DNA of 64,000 nt from an uncultured delta proteobacterium (lineage in GTDB: Bacteria > Desulfobacterota > Binatia > UBA9968). The notes below the pieces were generated by a model. It was not told where the DNA came from. It saw only the letters and a list, made by a program, of their open reading frames with translations, and did not search any database. Of this stretch, positions 1 through 11,252 are shown piece after piece. Numbering within the stretch: the first letter of the stretch is position 1; each line of letters starts with the position of its first letter. Where the stretch lies: positions 64,001 through 128,000 of the forward strand of contig CAVSLC010000011.1 in NCBI GenBank assembly GCA_963728565.1, read 5' to 3'. The translations under genes and the position numbers were made by a program.

Positions 1-245
1 CCGCCCTCCTTTTTTCAAACTCCGATCCAACCAGCCCGTTTAAGGAAACGACGGCATTGACCGTGTCCACATCAATGCGAGTGAAATTCGAAGCTTTCTG
101 CAACAAGCCTCGCCTTGACTGATGCCGTGATCGTCAGATCATCGATATTGCGGCCAGCGGTTCTTCCGGTCATTGCCTGGCAAGCAGAGAGCAAAAAGGA
201 TAAGGAGTGCCGCTGCGACTTTATCGTCGGTATCATAGGGTACAT
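1..245 (-). CDS. BON-domain (OsmY-like) lipoprotein, partial at window edge, one frameshift near 97
   Basis: Manual minus-strand translation from the ATG at 245 (GAGAGGA directly upstream) gives ...FLLSACQAMTGRTAGRNIDDLTITASVKARLVAE, then after a frameshift ASNFTRIDVDTVNAVVSLNGLVGSEFEKRRA. It has a lipobox LSAC and the BON pattern DDxxITxxVKxxL...IDVDTxNxVVxLxG. Not in the ORF track. Confidence 0.75.
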
Positions 246-601
246 TCCTCTCTGCGGGAGGAGCGAACAGTTAATATTAGCAGTTGATCCTATTCGCTCA
301 AAGGTAATCCGTCGATTTGCATCAAAGCCAGATATCGACGGCTTGCTCCCAACCTTACGTAGATATAGATGTCGGTGCGATTGTTTTAGCTCTCATCGAA
401 ATGGGCGAATTACGCCAGCCAGGATCTTCGAAATTTAAGGTAGCTCTCCTAGCGAACCGTGTCATCAAAGCTGCGTAAAAATATGCGCTACATGGGCATG
501 CATTGTGCGGTTGCAGATGCCTTCGATATCAACTAGGGAGGATCTATAAAGAGATTCTTACGGCCCAAGAGCGAAACATGTGTGCGTTCAAGGAGGCCAG
601 T

Positions 602-1000
602 ATGTCACAGGAGAATATGACGGTGATTCGCGGCATGTACGAGTCCTTCAGCACGGGAGACGTTACCTCAGTTCTTGGCCAAATGCATCAGCATATCGAG
701 TGGTGCGAGGCGGAAAACTTCATCTACGCCGATCGTAGTCCTTACCGCGGCCCACAGGCGGTGCTCGAAGGAGTTTTCATGAGACTGGCTTCGGAATGGG
801 CGGATTTCAAGGTGATGCCGGAAGAGTGGCTGGATGCCGGGAACCACATCGTGGTGCTCGGCACTTACAGCGGCAGGCACAAAGAAAGCGGTAAAGAAGT
901 CCGCGCGCAGTTCGCCCATATCTGGGGCGTGACCCACGGCAGAGTCGTGCGATTCCAACAGTATACCGATACCAAGCAATTTGCCGATGCCATTGCTTAG
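602..1000 (+). CDS. SnoaL-like / NTF2 (ketosteroid isomerase-like) family protein
   Basis: AGGAGG RBS before the ATG at 602; N-terminal NxxVIRGMYESF and C-terminal FAHIWGVTHGRVVRFQQYTDT are typical of SnoaL_2 proteins. Confidence 0.85.
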   Translation: MSQENMTVIRGMYESFSTGDVTSVLGQMHQHIEWCEAENFIYADRSPYRGPQAVLEGVFMRLASEWADFKVMPEEWLDAGNHIVVLGTYSGRHKESGKEVRAQFAHIWGVTHGRVVRFQQYTDTKQFADAIA

Positions 1001-1144
1001 CTCGGATGATTGCAGCACTAGACCAGGAGACGAGCGCCTCTGGTCGAAGAACTTCGGCATGCTACATAACGCCATGGCCATGCGCATTGGATTTCAAGGA
1101 CCCGCTTGTAGAGCAAATACAATCGGCGGATGATCCAAAACACC

Positions 1145-2143
1145 ATGCGAAAGCTGTTGATTGCCGCTGTCTTTTTCCTTGTTTGGTTTAAAGCCGGCGC
1201 AGCGCAACCGCAGACGAAAATCTATGTCGGCCTTTCCACGTTGAATTCTCGAGTGACTCCCTTGTGGATCGCCCAGGAACGGGGGTTCTTTGGAAAAAAT
1301 GGTCTCGAGGTGCTGCTGGTGCTGACTCGTGTGTCGCAACCAGCGATCGCCGCATTGCTGGCGGGAGAAATGCAGATGGTCTACGGCGGCTCGACCGCCG
1401 CACTCGGGGCTGTTTCCAGCGGCGCAGACCTCAAGGTAATCGCGGCATTGACGAATCGTCTGACCTACGACTTGGTTGCGAGACCTGGGATCAGTCGACC
1501 GGAGGAACTTCGCGGAAAGCGGCTTGGAGTCGGGAGTATCGGCGGCACCGTCTGGATGGGCGCCATGTTAGGTCTTGAGCACTTGGGTCTCGAGTCGTCG
1601 CGAGATCGGATCTCTATTCTAGTTGTTGGAGATCAGACGAACACTGGGCAAGCCCTTGAAGCAGGAAGCATCGATGCCGCCCTCTTAGATGGAGTGTTCA
1701 CCCACCGGCTCAGACACAAGGGGTTTCCCGTAATCGCCGAGTTTGCTGGCGCGAATATCCCTTTCGCCGGACAGGGAATCGTGACGTCCGGCTCATACCT
1801 CCTGAAACAACCCGTGGCAATCGAGAATTTCCTTAAGGGTTTGCTGGAAGGCATCGATTTTAGCTTGGCTCCCACCAACAAGGCGGCGGTGCTGAAAACA
1901 ATGACGGCGCGCCTTCGTCTTCCAGATGCTGCCAGCGCGGAGGTCGGTTATCAGGATCTGATTCGCGGCATCGAACCGAAACCGTATCCTTCGTTGGAGG
2001 GGCTGCGTAATCTTCAACGCCTGATGCGAGTCCACAATCCCAAAGTGGGAAGCATTAGAGTCGAAGAGTTGGTTGACGATAGGATTCTGCGAAGGATTAT
2101 CGAAGGCGGGTTTCTTGACACTGTTCGGAGTCCGAAGCGTTAG
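1145..2143 (+). CDS. ABC transporter substrate-binding protein, NMT1/SsuA/THI5 type
   Basis: Signal peptide; PLWIAQERGFFGKNGLEV, ELRGKRLGV and ALEAGSIDAA motifs. Start may be 1130. Confidence 0.85.
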   Translation: MRKLLIAAVFFLVWFKAGAAQPQTKIYVGLSTLNSRVTPLWIAQERGFFGKNGLEVLLVLTRVSQPAIAALLAGEMQMVYGGSTAALGAVSSGADLKVIAALTNRLTYDLVARPGISRPEELRGKRLGVGSIGGTVWMGAMLGLEHLGLESSRDRISILVVGDQTNTGQALEAGSIDAALLDGVFTHRLRHKGFPVIAEFAGANIPFAGQGIVTSGSYLLKQPVAIENFLKGLLEGIDFSLAPTNKAAVLKTMTARLRLPDAASAEVGYQDLIRGIEPKPYPSLEGLRNLQRLMRVHNPKVGSIRVEELVDDRILRRIIEGGFLDTVRSPKR

Positions 2144-2219
2144 ATAGGCAGCGACTCATTTGAGCATTAGGCGGCGGATGGGGTGCATTATGAAACCAAC
2201 GATAGAGAAAGGAGATGAA

Positions 2220-3238
2220 ATGGCTAACTACACTGTGATCGATGCCGATGGGCACGTGCGCGAATCCATCGCCGGCATGCGCGAGTTTCTGGAGCCGCGC
2301 TGGCAGCGGCGCAATTTATTTCCCAACGACGAGTGGGACCGCGATCTGCACGGCAAGTTGGGGCAAAAGCCTGAAGGGCCGGAAGATCAACTGGCCGCCA
2401 TGGACGAGGACGGCATCGACGTCATGGTGCTTTATCCAACGGCGGGCTTGCACGTGAGCGCGCTACACGAAAAGGATTACGCGACGGGAATCACGCGCGC
2501 CTACAACGACTGGCTGTTTCATTTCTGCAAGAAAGATTCGAGCCGGTTAAAGTTCGTCGCGCTGCTGGCGCCGCAAGACCCAACCGCGGCCGCCGAAGAG
2601 CTTACGCGCGCAGTGAAGGAACGCGGCGCGCTGGCCGGCGTGCTGCCGACTTACCTGCCGCAGATGCCCGACTTTGGCGATGGCTTTTACGATCCGATTT
2701 ACGCCGCGGCGCAACAGCTTGGCGTCGGCATCGGCTTTCACACCGGCACGTCGGCGGATTCGCTCGGCGGCCAGCGCTTTCGTAAGTTTCTCTCGGCGCA
2801 CACCATCGATCATCCGGCCGAACAGATGATGGCGCTGATCGCGACGATTGTCGGTGGCGTGTTCGAGCGCTTTCCCAAGACTGAGCATCGGCTATCTCGA
2901 ATCCGGCATCGGTTGGGTGCCGTACATGATGGACCGGCTCGACGAGGAAGTGGAAAAGCGCGGCGCCGTCGAAGCGCCGTATCTGACCAAACTGCCGAGT
3001 GAGTATGTGAAGAGCGGGCGGATATATTTCGGCGTCGAGTGCGAAGAGAAGACGATCCCCGACGCGATGCGCTGGGGATTGGAAGATACGATTCTCTATT
3101 CCTCCGACTATCCGCACTGGGATGGCGACTGGCCGCACACGGTCAAAGCGATTCGTGATCGAAAAGATCTCTCTGATGACTATGAAGCAGAAAATGCTGC
3201 ACGACAACGTCGCCCGGTTTTACAAATTTAACGAGTGA
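2220..3238 (+). CDS. Amidohydrolase family protein (Amidohydro_2), frameshifted near 2880 and 3181
   Basis: VIDADGH, YPT and AYNDW in ORF 2160-3002; LESGIGW and SSDYPHWD in ORF 2848-3231; a third frame supplies KMLHDNVARFY ending TGA 3238. GGAG RBS before ATG 2220. Confidence 0.85.
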
Positions 3239-3371
3239 TGCTGGGAGAGGAAACGCCGCAGCCTGAACGAATGCGTTCAATGGTGCACGGCTCAACAAAA
3301 CTCGAATTCTGAAGTGCTATTAAGTTTCCGTACTACTGTCGACAAAGAATGGAAGAGAAGGAGAGCTGTAC

Positions 3372-4379
3372 ATGCCTGAGTGGAAGATGATCGATGCCGA
3401 CGGGCACATCCGTGAAGTCGAAAGTGAGGTCTTTGAGTACTTGCCGGACCATTACAAGCAACGCCGCGAGGCACTGCTTTACTTTCCTCTGTTGCCGCAT
3501 CACGGCTGGCATCGTCAGGCGGGCCGCCGGTCCGGCACCGGATCGTCATTCCTGATTCCTTCGCTGCAGGATTGGCGTACGGCTTTAGAACAGGGGAATA
3601 TCGAGGCGGCAGTAGTTTATCCGACACGCTTCATGCATATCGGACAGGTGGGCATCACCGAATTCGCTGTCGAACTGAGCCGCGCTTACAACGACTATCT
3701 TTATGAACGTTTTTTGCGTGATGAACCCCGCTTGAAGGGGGTTGCCGTTCTGCCTCTGCAGGATATTGATGCGGCGGTCACGGAACTGCGGCGGGCGGTT
3801 AGAAACTATGGCATGGTGGGCGGGGTGCTTCCGGCGGACGGATTGCCGCGGCCATTAGGTCATCCGGAGTTTCACCCGCTGTACGAAGAGGCCAACCGGC
3901 TGGGCTGCATGTTGGCGGTTCACTCACAAAATTCGCTGCGCAACAACGATCTCTTTCTATGGCGCGATGAAGCCGCGACACTGGCCCATGTCTGGCCGCA
4001 GATGCGCCAGTTCACCAATTTGATGTTCTCGGGCGTGATAGGAAAATACCCCGACCTGCGCATCGCGTTTTTGGAGGCAGGTTGCGGCTGGGTACCGTAT
4101 CTGATCAGCAAGATGGAAGGGCGGCTGGGCGAGCTGCCGCGGCCATTGAAACTGATCGAACGCGGGCAAGTTTACTTTCAGTGCGGCGAAGAGATGACCA
4201 CTGGCCGCGACTTAGAACTGCTCGGCGATCAGTGTCTTTTCTGGGCTTCCGATTTTCCTCACGAAGGAATCGTCGACATGAGCAAGGCAGTCCAGGAATT
4301 CCTCTCGCGCGACGATATACCCGCCTCATCCAAGAAAAAAATCGGCTACGACAACGCCAAAAAATTGTATGGTCTATAA
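3372..4379 (+). CDS. Amidohydrolase family protein (Amidohydro_2)
   Basis: IDADGH, YPT, AYND, LEAGCGW, ASDFPH and NAKKLYGL motifs; AAGGAG RBS. Confidence 0.9.
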   Translation: MPEWKMIDADGHIREVESEVFEYLPDHYKQRREALLYFPLLPHHGWHRQAGRRSGTGSSFLIPSLQDWRTALEQGNIEAAVVYPTRFMHIGQVGITEFAVELSRAYNDYLYERFLRDEPRLKGVAVLPLQDIDAAVTELRRAVRNYGMVGGVLPADGLPRPLGHPEFHPLYEEANRLGCMLAVHSQNSLRNNDLFLWRDEAATLAHVWPQMRQFTNLMFSGVIGKYPDLRIAFLEAGCGWVPYLISKMEGRLGELPRPLKLIERGQVYFQCGEEMTTGRDLELLGDQCLFWASDFPHEGIVDMSKAVQEFLSRDDIPASSKKKIGYDNAKKLYGL

Positions 4380-4701
4380 ATGCGGCCAGTGGCTGGTTAA
4401 GAGCGTCGATCGTCATCAGACATACTCGTAAGGGACTGTTAACCGAAATAGATTAACCTCGCTGTATCGCAACTTGATGCTGCGTCTTATATCGTCGCTC
4501 CACGGGCTATCGATGTCGTTCCATTTCCTGCGAACTAACTTGACTAAGCTGAGCGAAAATATTACGCGAAGCGTTAGGAATTCACGCCTTCGTTTCCACC
4601 CACGCCTACTTCTACGGCGTTTTTGCAATGTCACTGAACGCAGCGTTCCGCTAGGTCAGAGTGAAGATAGTTAATCCATAACCAAGATCGGAGGTCAGCC
4701 T

Positions 4702-6088
4702 ATGGCCATGCAATCACAAGAAGCGTTAACAAAGCTCAGCGGCGCGATCAAAGGCAGGGTGCTAGGCCCTGATGATTCCGGCTATGACGAGGCGCGCCAA
4801 ATTTGGAATGCCATGATCGACCGTCGTCCAGCCGTTATCGTGCAGCCGGCAAATGGCGACGACGTTGCGCCGGCCATCAAATTTGCGCGGGAGAACGCGC
4901 TGGAGATTTCCATTCGCGGCGCCGGACATAACATCGCCGGCAACGCCATCTGCAATGGCGGCCTAACCATCGATTTCTCACAGATGAAGCAGGTCCGAGT
5001 GGATGCCGCGAAGAAACGCGCCTACGTCGATGCCGGCGCAACGCTCGGTGATCTGGACGCCGCGACACAGCGGCACGCTTTGGCGACGCCGGTGGGCATC
5101 AACTCGACAACCGGGATTGCCGGGTTGACTCTCGGTGGCGGGTTCGGCTGGCTGACTCGGAAACACGGCATGACCATAGACAATCTGGTTTCGACTGACG
5201 TGATAACTGCCGATGGTAAAAAGCTACGCGCAAGCGAGCAGGACAACCCGGAGCTTTTCTGGGCCTTGCGCGGCGGCGGCGGGAATTTCGGTGTCGTTAC
5301 CCAGTTCGAGTTTGCCCTTCATCCGGTGGGTCCTGAAATCCTCGCCGGCTTGCTCGTATTCCCCTTTGCGCAGGCAAAGCAGGTCCTGACCCGGTATCGT
5401 CAATTTGCTAATACGGCGCCCGAGGATCTCAGCGTCTGGGTTGTGCTCCGTCAGGCGCCGCCGCTACCTTTTCTTCCGCAAGATGTTCATGGCAAGGAGG
5501 TTATCGTTCTGCCGATCTTTTACGCAGGGGGTGCGGCTGCGGAAGGCCGCAGGCTGATCGACGAGCTTCGTTCTTTCGGAAATCCCCACGGCGAGCATGT
5601 CGGCGCCCAGCCCTATGTCAGAATGGCAGAAGGCTTTCGATCCTCTGCTCACTGCCGGCGCCAGAAATTATTGGAAATCTCATAATTTCACCGAGCTCAG
5701 CGACGGCGCCATCGATTCGATCATCGAGTACGCCGGCAAACTGCCCTCTCCTCAATGCGAGATCTTCATCGGTCATATCGCCGGCGCTGCCAATCGCGTG
5801 CCTTCCGAGGCTATGGCCTATGCGCACCGAGACGCCAAGTTTGTCTTGAATGTGCATGGCCGCTGGGAAAGCGCAGCAGAGGATCGGATCTGCATCGACT
5901 GGGCACGTGCTTTCTTTAAAGCGAGCGCGCCTTACGCTTCCGCCGGCGCTTACGTTAATTTTATGACTGAGGATGAGGGCGAGCGAGTGACCGCTGCTTA
6001 CGGGCCAAACTATGATCGTCTGGCTCAATTAAAAAAACGCTTCGATCCCGACAATGTTTTTCATTTGAATCACAATATCAAACCATAA
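4702..6088 (+). CDS. FAD-binding oxidoreductase, berberine bridge enzyme (BBE)-like, frameshifted near 5620
   Basis: RGAGH covalent-FAD His motif, GLTLGGGFG, LRGGGGNFGVVT; C-terminal BBE domain YVNF...YGPNYDRLAQLKKRFDPDNVF lies in the next frame. Confidence 0.9.
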
Positions 6089-6186
6089 AACACCGCGCCG
6101 CGGTCGACTCTAAATGTTTAGGCGGTCGGCCGCTAACGAGGCGCGCGGTCAAAATACAACTGGAGGTTTCGGTACGAAGCGGCTAT

Positions 6187-6345
6187 TCACTCACAATCTG
6201 GATGGCCGCACTCGCAGTCTTCCAGACTGGCGCCTTCGCTGGCCGCGCAGAACTCGCTGCAGTAATTTTTTCCGCCTTTGGATACGCCTGCGCCGGACTC
6301 GATTTCGCAATCGCAATCAGGATGAGCACAAGATTCTTCAGCCAT
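6187..6345 (-). CDS. Small Cys/His-rich metallothionein-like protein (52 aa)
   Basis: GGAGG RBS, then ATG at 6345: MAEESCAHPDCDCEIESGAGVSKGGKNYCSEFCAASEGASLEDCECGHPDCE*. It has 8 Cys, 2 His and the YCSxxCA motif of bacterial BmtA/SmtA metallothioneins. Below the ORF-track cutoff. Confidence 0.8.
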   Translation of the reverse strand: MAEESCAHPDCDCEIESGAGVSKGGKNYCSEFCAASEGASLEDCECGHPDCE

Positions 6346-6373
6346 GAGTAATTACCTCCGCATTCCGTAAGAG

Positions 6374-6388
6374 GCAGTTAACGTGCCA
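6374..6388 (-). promoter_or_regulatory. Putative sigma54 (-24/-12) promoter for the metallothionein-like gene
   Basis: TGGCAC-GTTAA-CTGC on the minus strand with correct GG-N10-GC spacing, about 15 nt upstream of the RBS. Confidence 0.6.
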
Positions 6389-6758
6389 CTCCGTCTACGA
6401 CGAGCACGGCGCGGGTTTGTCCCGATTTTTAGAGAATCCGGATGGTTTCGATCGCGATAGGTGTGTTCTTTTCAGCACAGAATGCAGCCAGCGCATGATT
6501 GAACCCTGCTCAAGGCGATCACCCTGTTTCATTACTTGTGCATTTGCAATGCGGTGGTTGACGACGTCGGCTCCATAGGTGATTGACTAAAGCTCCTGCT
6601 AAAAGGAAGGACGAAGCTTTCGAGGCCCCATGGCTTTGATTCGCCGGGAAGACGAGAAAGCGGCAGAGCTATACGCGTCCGCTACATACCGCTCAACATT
6701 TGCTTGGTTTTATGTTAGGAAATGCGCCAGCAAAATCTCCGCTCGAAAGGAATCGATA

Positions 6759-7343
6759 ATGTCTCGCGCTGCTAAACTCTGGATAGCTCTTTCGGTCGTT
6801 GTCCCGCTTTGCGTCAGTTGTGCGAAGCAGGAGATCACATTGGATAGCTCCGTCGAGCGTGGCAAATATCTGGTCACCTTGGGTGGTTGTCATGATTGCC
6901 ATACGCCGAAGATTCAGGGTCCTAACGGCGTGCCGATACTTGACGAAACCAAACTACTTTCCGGCCACCCAGAAAACCTGCCGCCGCCGTCGTGGTCGCC
7001 CAAAGACCTGAAGGAGAAGGGTGTCGCCGCGGCGGCCAATCCCTCTTTGACTGCGTGGGCGGGCCCGTGGGGCGTGAGCTTCGCGATGAATTTAACCCCC
7101 GACAAAGAAACCGGTATTGCCGAATGGAGTGAGCAAATGTTCATACAGGTGGCTCGGACCGGCAAGCATCAGGGACAACCCAACGGGCGCGACATCCTGC
7201 CGCCGATGCCATGGTTCAACTTGAAAGATGTAAAGGATGCCGATCTCAAAGCAATGTGGGCGTATCTCAGAAGCATCCCTCCGGTGAAAAATAACGTCCC
7301 ATTGCCATTGCTGCCGAGCGTCTCACAAGAGAGCGCCAATTAA
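6759..7343 (+). CDS. c-type cytochrome, probably a lipoprotein
   Basis: N-terminal hydrophobic stretch ending in Cys; RGKYLVxxGGCHDCH heme motif; NLTPDKETGI; PPMPW Met ligand; DLKAMWAYLRSIPP. Confidence 0.85.
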   Translation: MSRAAKLWIALSVVVPLCVSCAKQEITLDSSVERGKYLVTLGGCHDCHTPKIQGPNGVPILDETKLLSGHPENLPPPSWSPKDLKEKGVAAAANPSLTAWAGPWGVSFAMNLTPDKETGIAEWSEQMFIQVARTGKHQGQPNGRDILPPMPWFNLKDVKDADLKAMWAYLRSIPPVKNNVPLPLLPSVSQESAN

Positions 7344-7513
7344 CAATGCCTGGTCCGGCGAGAATCGATTGAGCAGCTTTCACAGCTAACGAGGCGCAGT
7401 GTTACGAACGAAAGCTCTGCGCGTCGCAGATGACCCGATTCTCTCCGGCACGCTGACCCGGCATCGGTGATAGTTCCCAGCTTGGATATTTGCCAGAGAG
7501 GATGGACTTCATC

Positions 7514-8919
<1,406 letters not shown>

Positions 8920-9214
8920 TTATTTTTAGCTAACTAAAAAGCGCGCAGGATTCTACTGCGCGGCGCAACGATGGGGGCGGATTGAGCATTGATTTCTTCT
9001 GATGGGGAAAGGGATGGACATCGAAGCAGGCGAATCCCCGCGAGCTGCAACAGTTCCAATGGGCGATCGACAGGAAGGATTGTTAGGCGGAAGCCCGGCT
9101 TATAAATGCCGAGCGCATTCCGAAGATCGTCTGAGATAAAAGCCTTATCACAGTTTCGAATTGGAATAGTGGATCAGGCATTCGGATCCAATACTGCCAT
9201 TGGTTTTTTGCGCG

Positions 9215-9859
9215 CTAGTTGGCCGAGGCGCGCACGGTAATCTGCGAGGCGACGATGGCGCCGTCCTCCGCTCGAGGGCCGCTGGCCGACACAGTGCTCC
9301 CGGGTGTAAGCAGGCGGCGGTCGCCGACAACGCGCTTGACAACCGGAGTGTCCGCCGGCACGAGTACTTTGATCTCTCCGCCCTTGTACTTCAGCGTTAC
9401 CATCCGGCCTTTTACGTCTTGTACCGCCACGTCCTCGACAGTTTCAACGTTGGCGTTGGTCATGGTCGAGCCGCTCTGCGGCGCCGAAGTTAACGGCCTG
9501 TGGCCTTCTCCGGTGCCGCGCTGGTCCTCGGAAAAAATGTGCAAGCGGCTGGCGCGGAAAGTGCCATCCGGCTGCTTTTCGGCGGTGGCTCCGACATACA
9601 TGCCGGAGCTGATATCGGAGAACTTCACCGGCACTTCGCCCCGAATAATCGTGCTGCCGCCAAGCTTCACGACAACCGGACCGCTATTGGTCATCACGGA
9701 CATATCTGAACCTGTGATCGACGATAGGGTGCCATTCACCGAGATAGTGTTCCCGCCCGCGCCGGTTTGAGCCTGAACGCTACCGCCCACCAGCGCCAGA
9801 CCGATCCCTGCTGCCATCGACAAACGGCGAATATAACTCCCTTGACAGAATCTTTTCAT
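9215..9859 (-). CDS. Secreted hypothetical protein with repeated beta-rich (DUF5666-like) modules
   Basis: Signal peptide ending VQA; IFSEDQRGTGEGHRP and MTNANV motifs; two similar modules ending G-[TA]-x-x-AS. Confidence 0.65.
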   Translation of the reverse strand: MKRFCQGSYIRRLSMAAGIGLALVGGSVQAQTGAGGNTISVNGTLSSITGSDMSVMTNSGPVVVKLGGSTIIRGEVPVKFSDISSGMYVGATAEKQPDGTFRASRLHIFSEDQRGTGEGHRPLTSAPQSGSTMTNANVETVEDVAVQDVKGRMVTLKYKGGEIKVLVPADTPVVKRVVGDRRLLTPGSTVSASGPRAEDGAIVASQITVRASAN

Positions 9860-9972
9860 CGCTTTTCCTTTCAACTTATCGCGTTGCATTCTCCAATACC
9901 GTCAGAATCTTCTAACTGCCGCGCAATATTGCACTTAGATAATTGCGTGGGTGATCAGGATCTCGAGGCTGT

Positions 9973-10308
9973 TCATTCTTTTAGGCTTGCCGCGCTTCGA
10001 TCAGTAGATCGCTCGCGGTTCGCTGATTCGGTTTTGCTACGTTCCTCGGCAAAATACCGGGCCCATCGCACCAGCCGTATGCAGGCTGCGGTAAAGCCAA
10101 GGGTTGTCAGTGCCATCATGATCCACGGAGAAGTATCGAAATAATTATCAAGCAGGTAGCCGATGAATAATCCGCCGATAATACTTCCGGGAAGCTCCAG
10201 AGCCATAGCTACAAGGATTCCGGCTTTGCGGCTAACGATGGGATACTTTATCCCGCCAGGTTTTTTGTCCTGGCTGCGCGGGTATAGCCGTTTGTTCGGA
10301 GCAGCCAT
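9973..10308 (-). CDS. AtpZ/AtpI family (ATPase gene 1) two-TM protein
   Basis: ALELPGSIIGGLFIGYLLDNYFDTSPWIMMALTTLGFTAA matches the GxxLDxxFxTxPW family pattern. Confidence 0.75.
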   Translation of the reverse strand: MAAPNKRLYPRSQDKKPGGIKYPIVSRKAGILVAMALELPGSIIGGLFIGYLLDNYFDTSPWIMMALTTLGFTAACIRLVRWARYFAEERSKTESANRERSTDRSAASLKE

Positions 10309-10579
10309 GATTGAACCGAGATTAACAGATATCGCTGTCGTCAGGAATAAGCCAGGCACACGAGATGTGACAAGCCTGATCCTGTTTAGGCTTGTTAGAC
10401 TAGCCCGGTAAACTCTAGTGACTCCGAACATCGAAGCTTAATCCCGGCTGAAATATATCCGGCGAACTCTCGATCGGGATTATCGGGTATATTTGAGGCC
10501 GAATATCCTTGGCGCAACTCCGCTCCAACCTCGGTCAACCAATACACCACAATTATTTCTGAAATGTCAGAGATGGACG

Positions 10580-10608
10580 TTGACATCGTCCCCCACACCA
10601 CGTAGTGT
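10580..10608 (+). promoter_or_regulatory. sigma70-type promoter upstream of the RRM gene
   Basis: TTGACA-17 nt-TAGTGT. Confidence 0.6.
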
Positions 10609-10805
10609 GAGTCATCTTCTTCAGTCTATGGCCTTCTGGGGAAAGCACAAATTTGAAGGCCTCTTCCAGTCTCTATCCTTGCGAAGCTCTCTTTAAATGA
10701 TTTCCGATCAGGGCGTGGTTTAAATATTTCGTTAGTCCATGTTCTCCCATTTGCAGTCGGATTCTCAGGGTCAAAGACAATAACAGTCTCTCATAGGAGG
10801 AGAAC

Positions 10806-11123
10806 ATGGGTAGTAAACTATATGTAGGTGGGTTGCCTTATTCCGTGACGGAAGGGCGTTTACAGGAAGTTTTCTCGATACACGGTACGGTTGAATCGGC
10901 TAACGTAATTGCCGATAAAATGACCGGTCAGTCTCGCGGCTTCGGCTTTGTTGAGATGAGCTCGGGCAGCGAGGCCCAAAGCGCCATCTCGGCGCTAAAC
11001 GGCACACAACTCGACGGCCGCACTCTGACCGTCAATGAGGCCAAGCCAATGGCCAAGCGCGATAACTTCGGTGACGGCGGAGGCCGGGGTGACCGGAATG
11101 GCGGCGGACGTAATCGCTGGTAG
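10806..11123 (+). CDS. RNA-binding protein (single RRM with Gly-rich tail)
   Basis: RNP2 LYVGGL, RNP1 RGFGFVEM, GRTLTVNEA; AGGAGG RBS. Confidence 0.95.
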   Translation: MGSKLYVGGLPYSVTEGRLQEVFSIHGTVESANVIADKMTGQSRGFGFVEMSSGSEAQSAISALNGTQLDGRTLTVNEAKPMAKRDNFGDGGGRGDRNGGGRNRW

Positions 11124-11148
11124 TCCTTAGTCGACACAAGTAACACAG

Positions 11149-11190
11149 AAGAGGGGAGCAACAGATCGGGTTGCTCCCCTCTTTTTGTTT
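11149..11190 (+). terminator. Rho-independent terminator of the RRM gene
   Basis: AAGAGGGGAGCAAC / GTTGCTCCCCTCTT stem followed by a T-rich tail. Confidence 0.85.
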
Positions 11191-11252
11191 AACGCATGGT
11201 CGGACCTAAAGTAGGCTCGCCCGACAAGCTTCAAACTGTTAATTTGAGATCT

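Noticed and set aside
115-438. 107-aa plus-strand ORF from the track
   Set aside because: It overlaps the better-supported minus-strand BON gene and has no motif.
4380-4700. Short ORFs on both strands
   Set aside because: Non-ATG starts, no RBS and no family resemblance.
6114-6347. 77-aa Arg-rich plus-strand ORF from the track
   Set aside because: It is the antisense shadow of the metallothionein-like gene.
7375-7420. Second hammerhead-like string (CTAACGAG...GAAAGCT)
   Set aside because: The essential G5 is A, stem II is not convincing and there is no room for stem I; it is reported only as a generic structured element.
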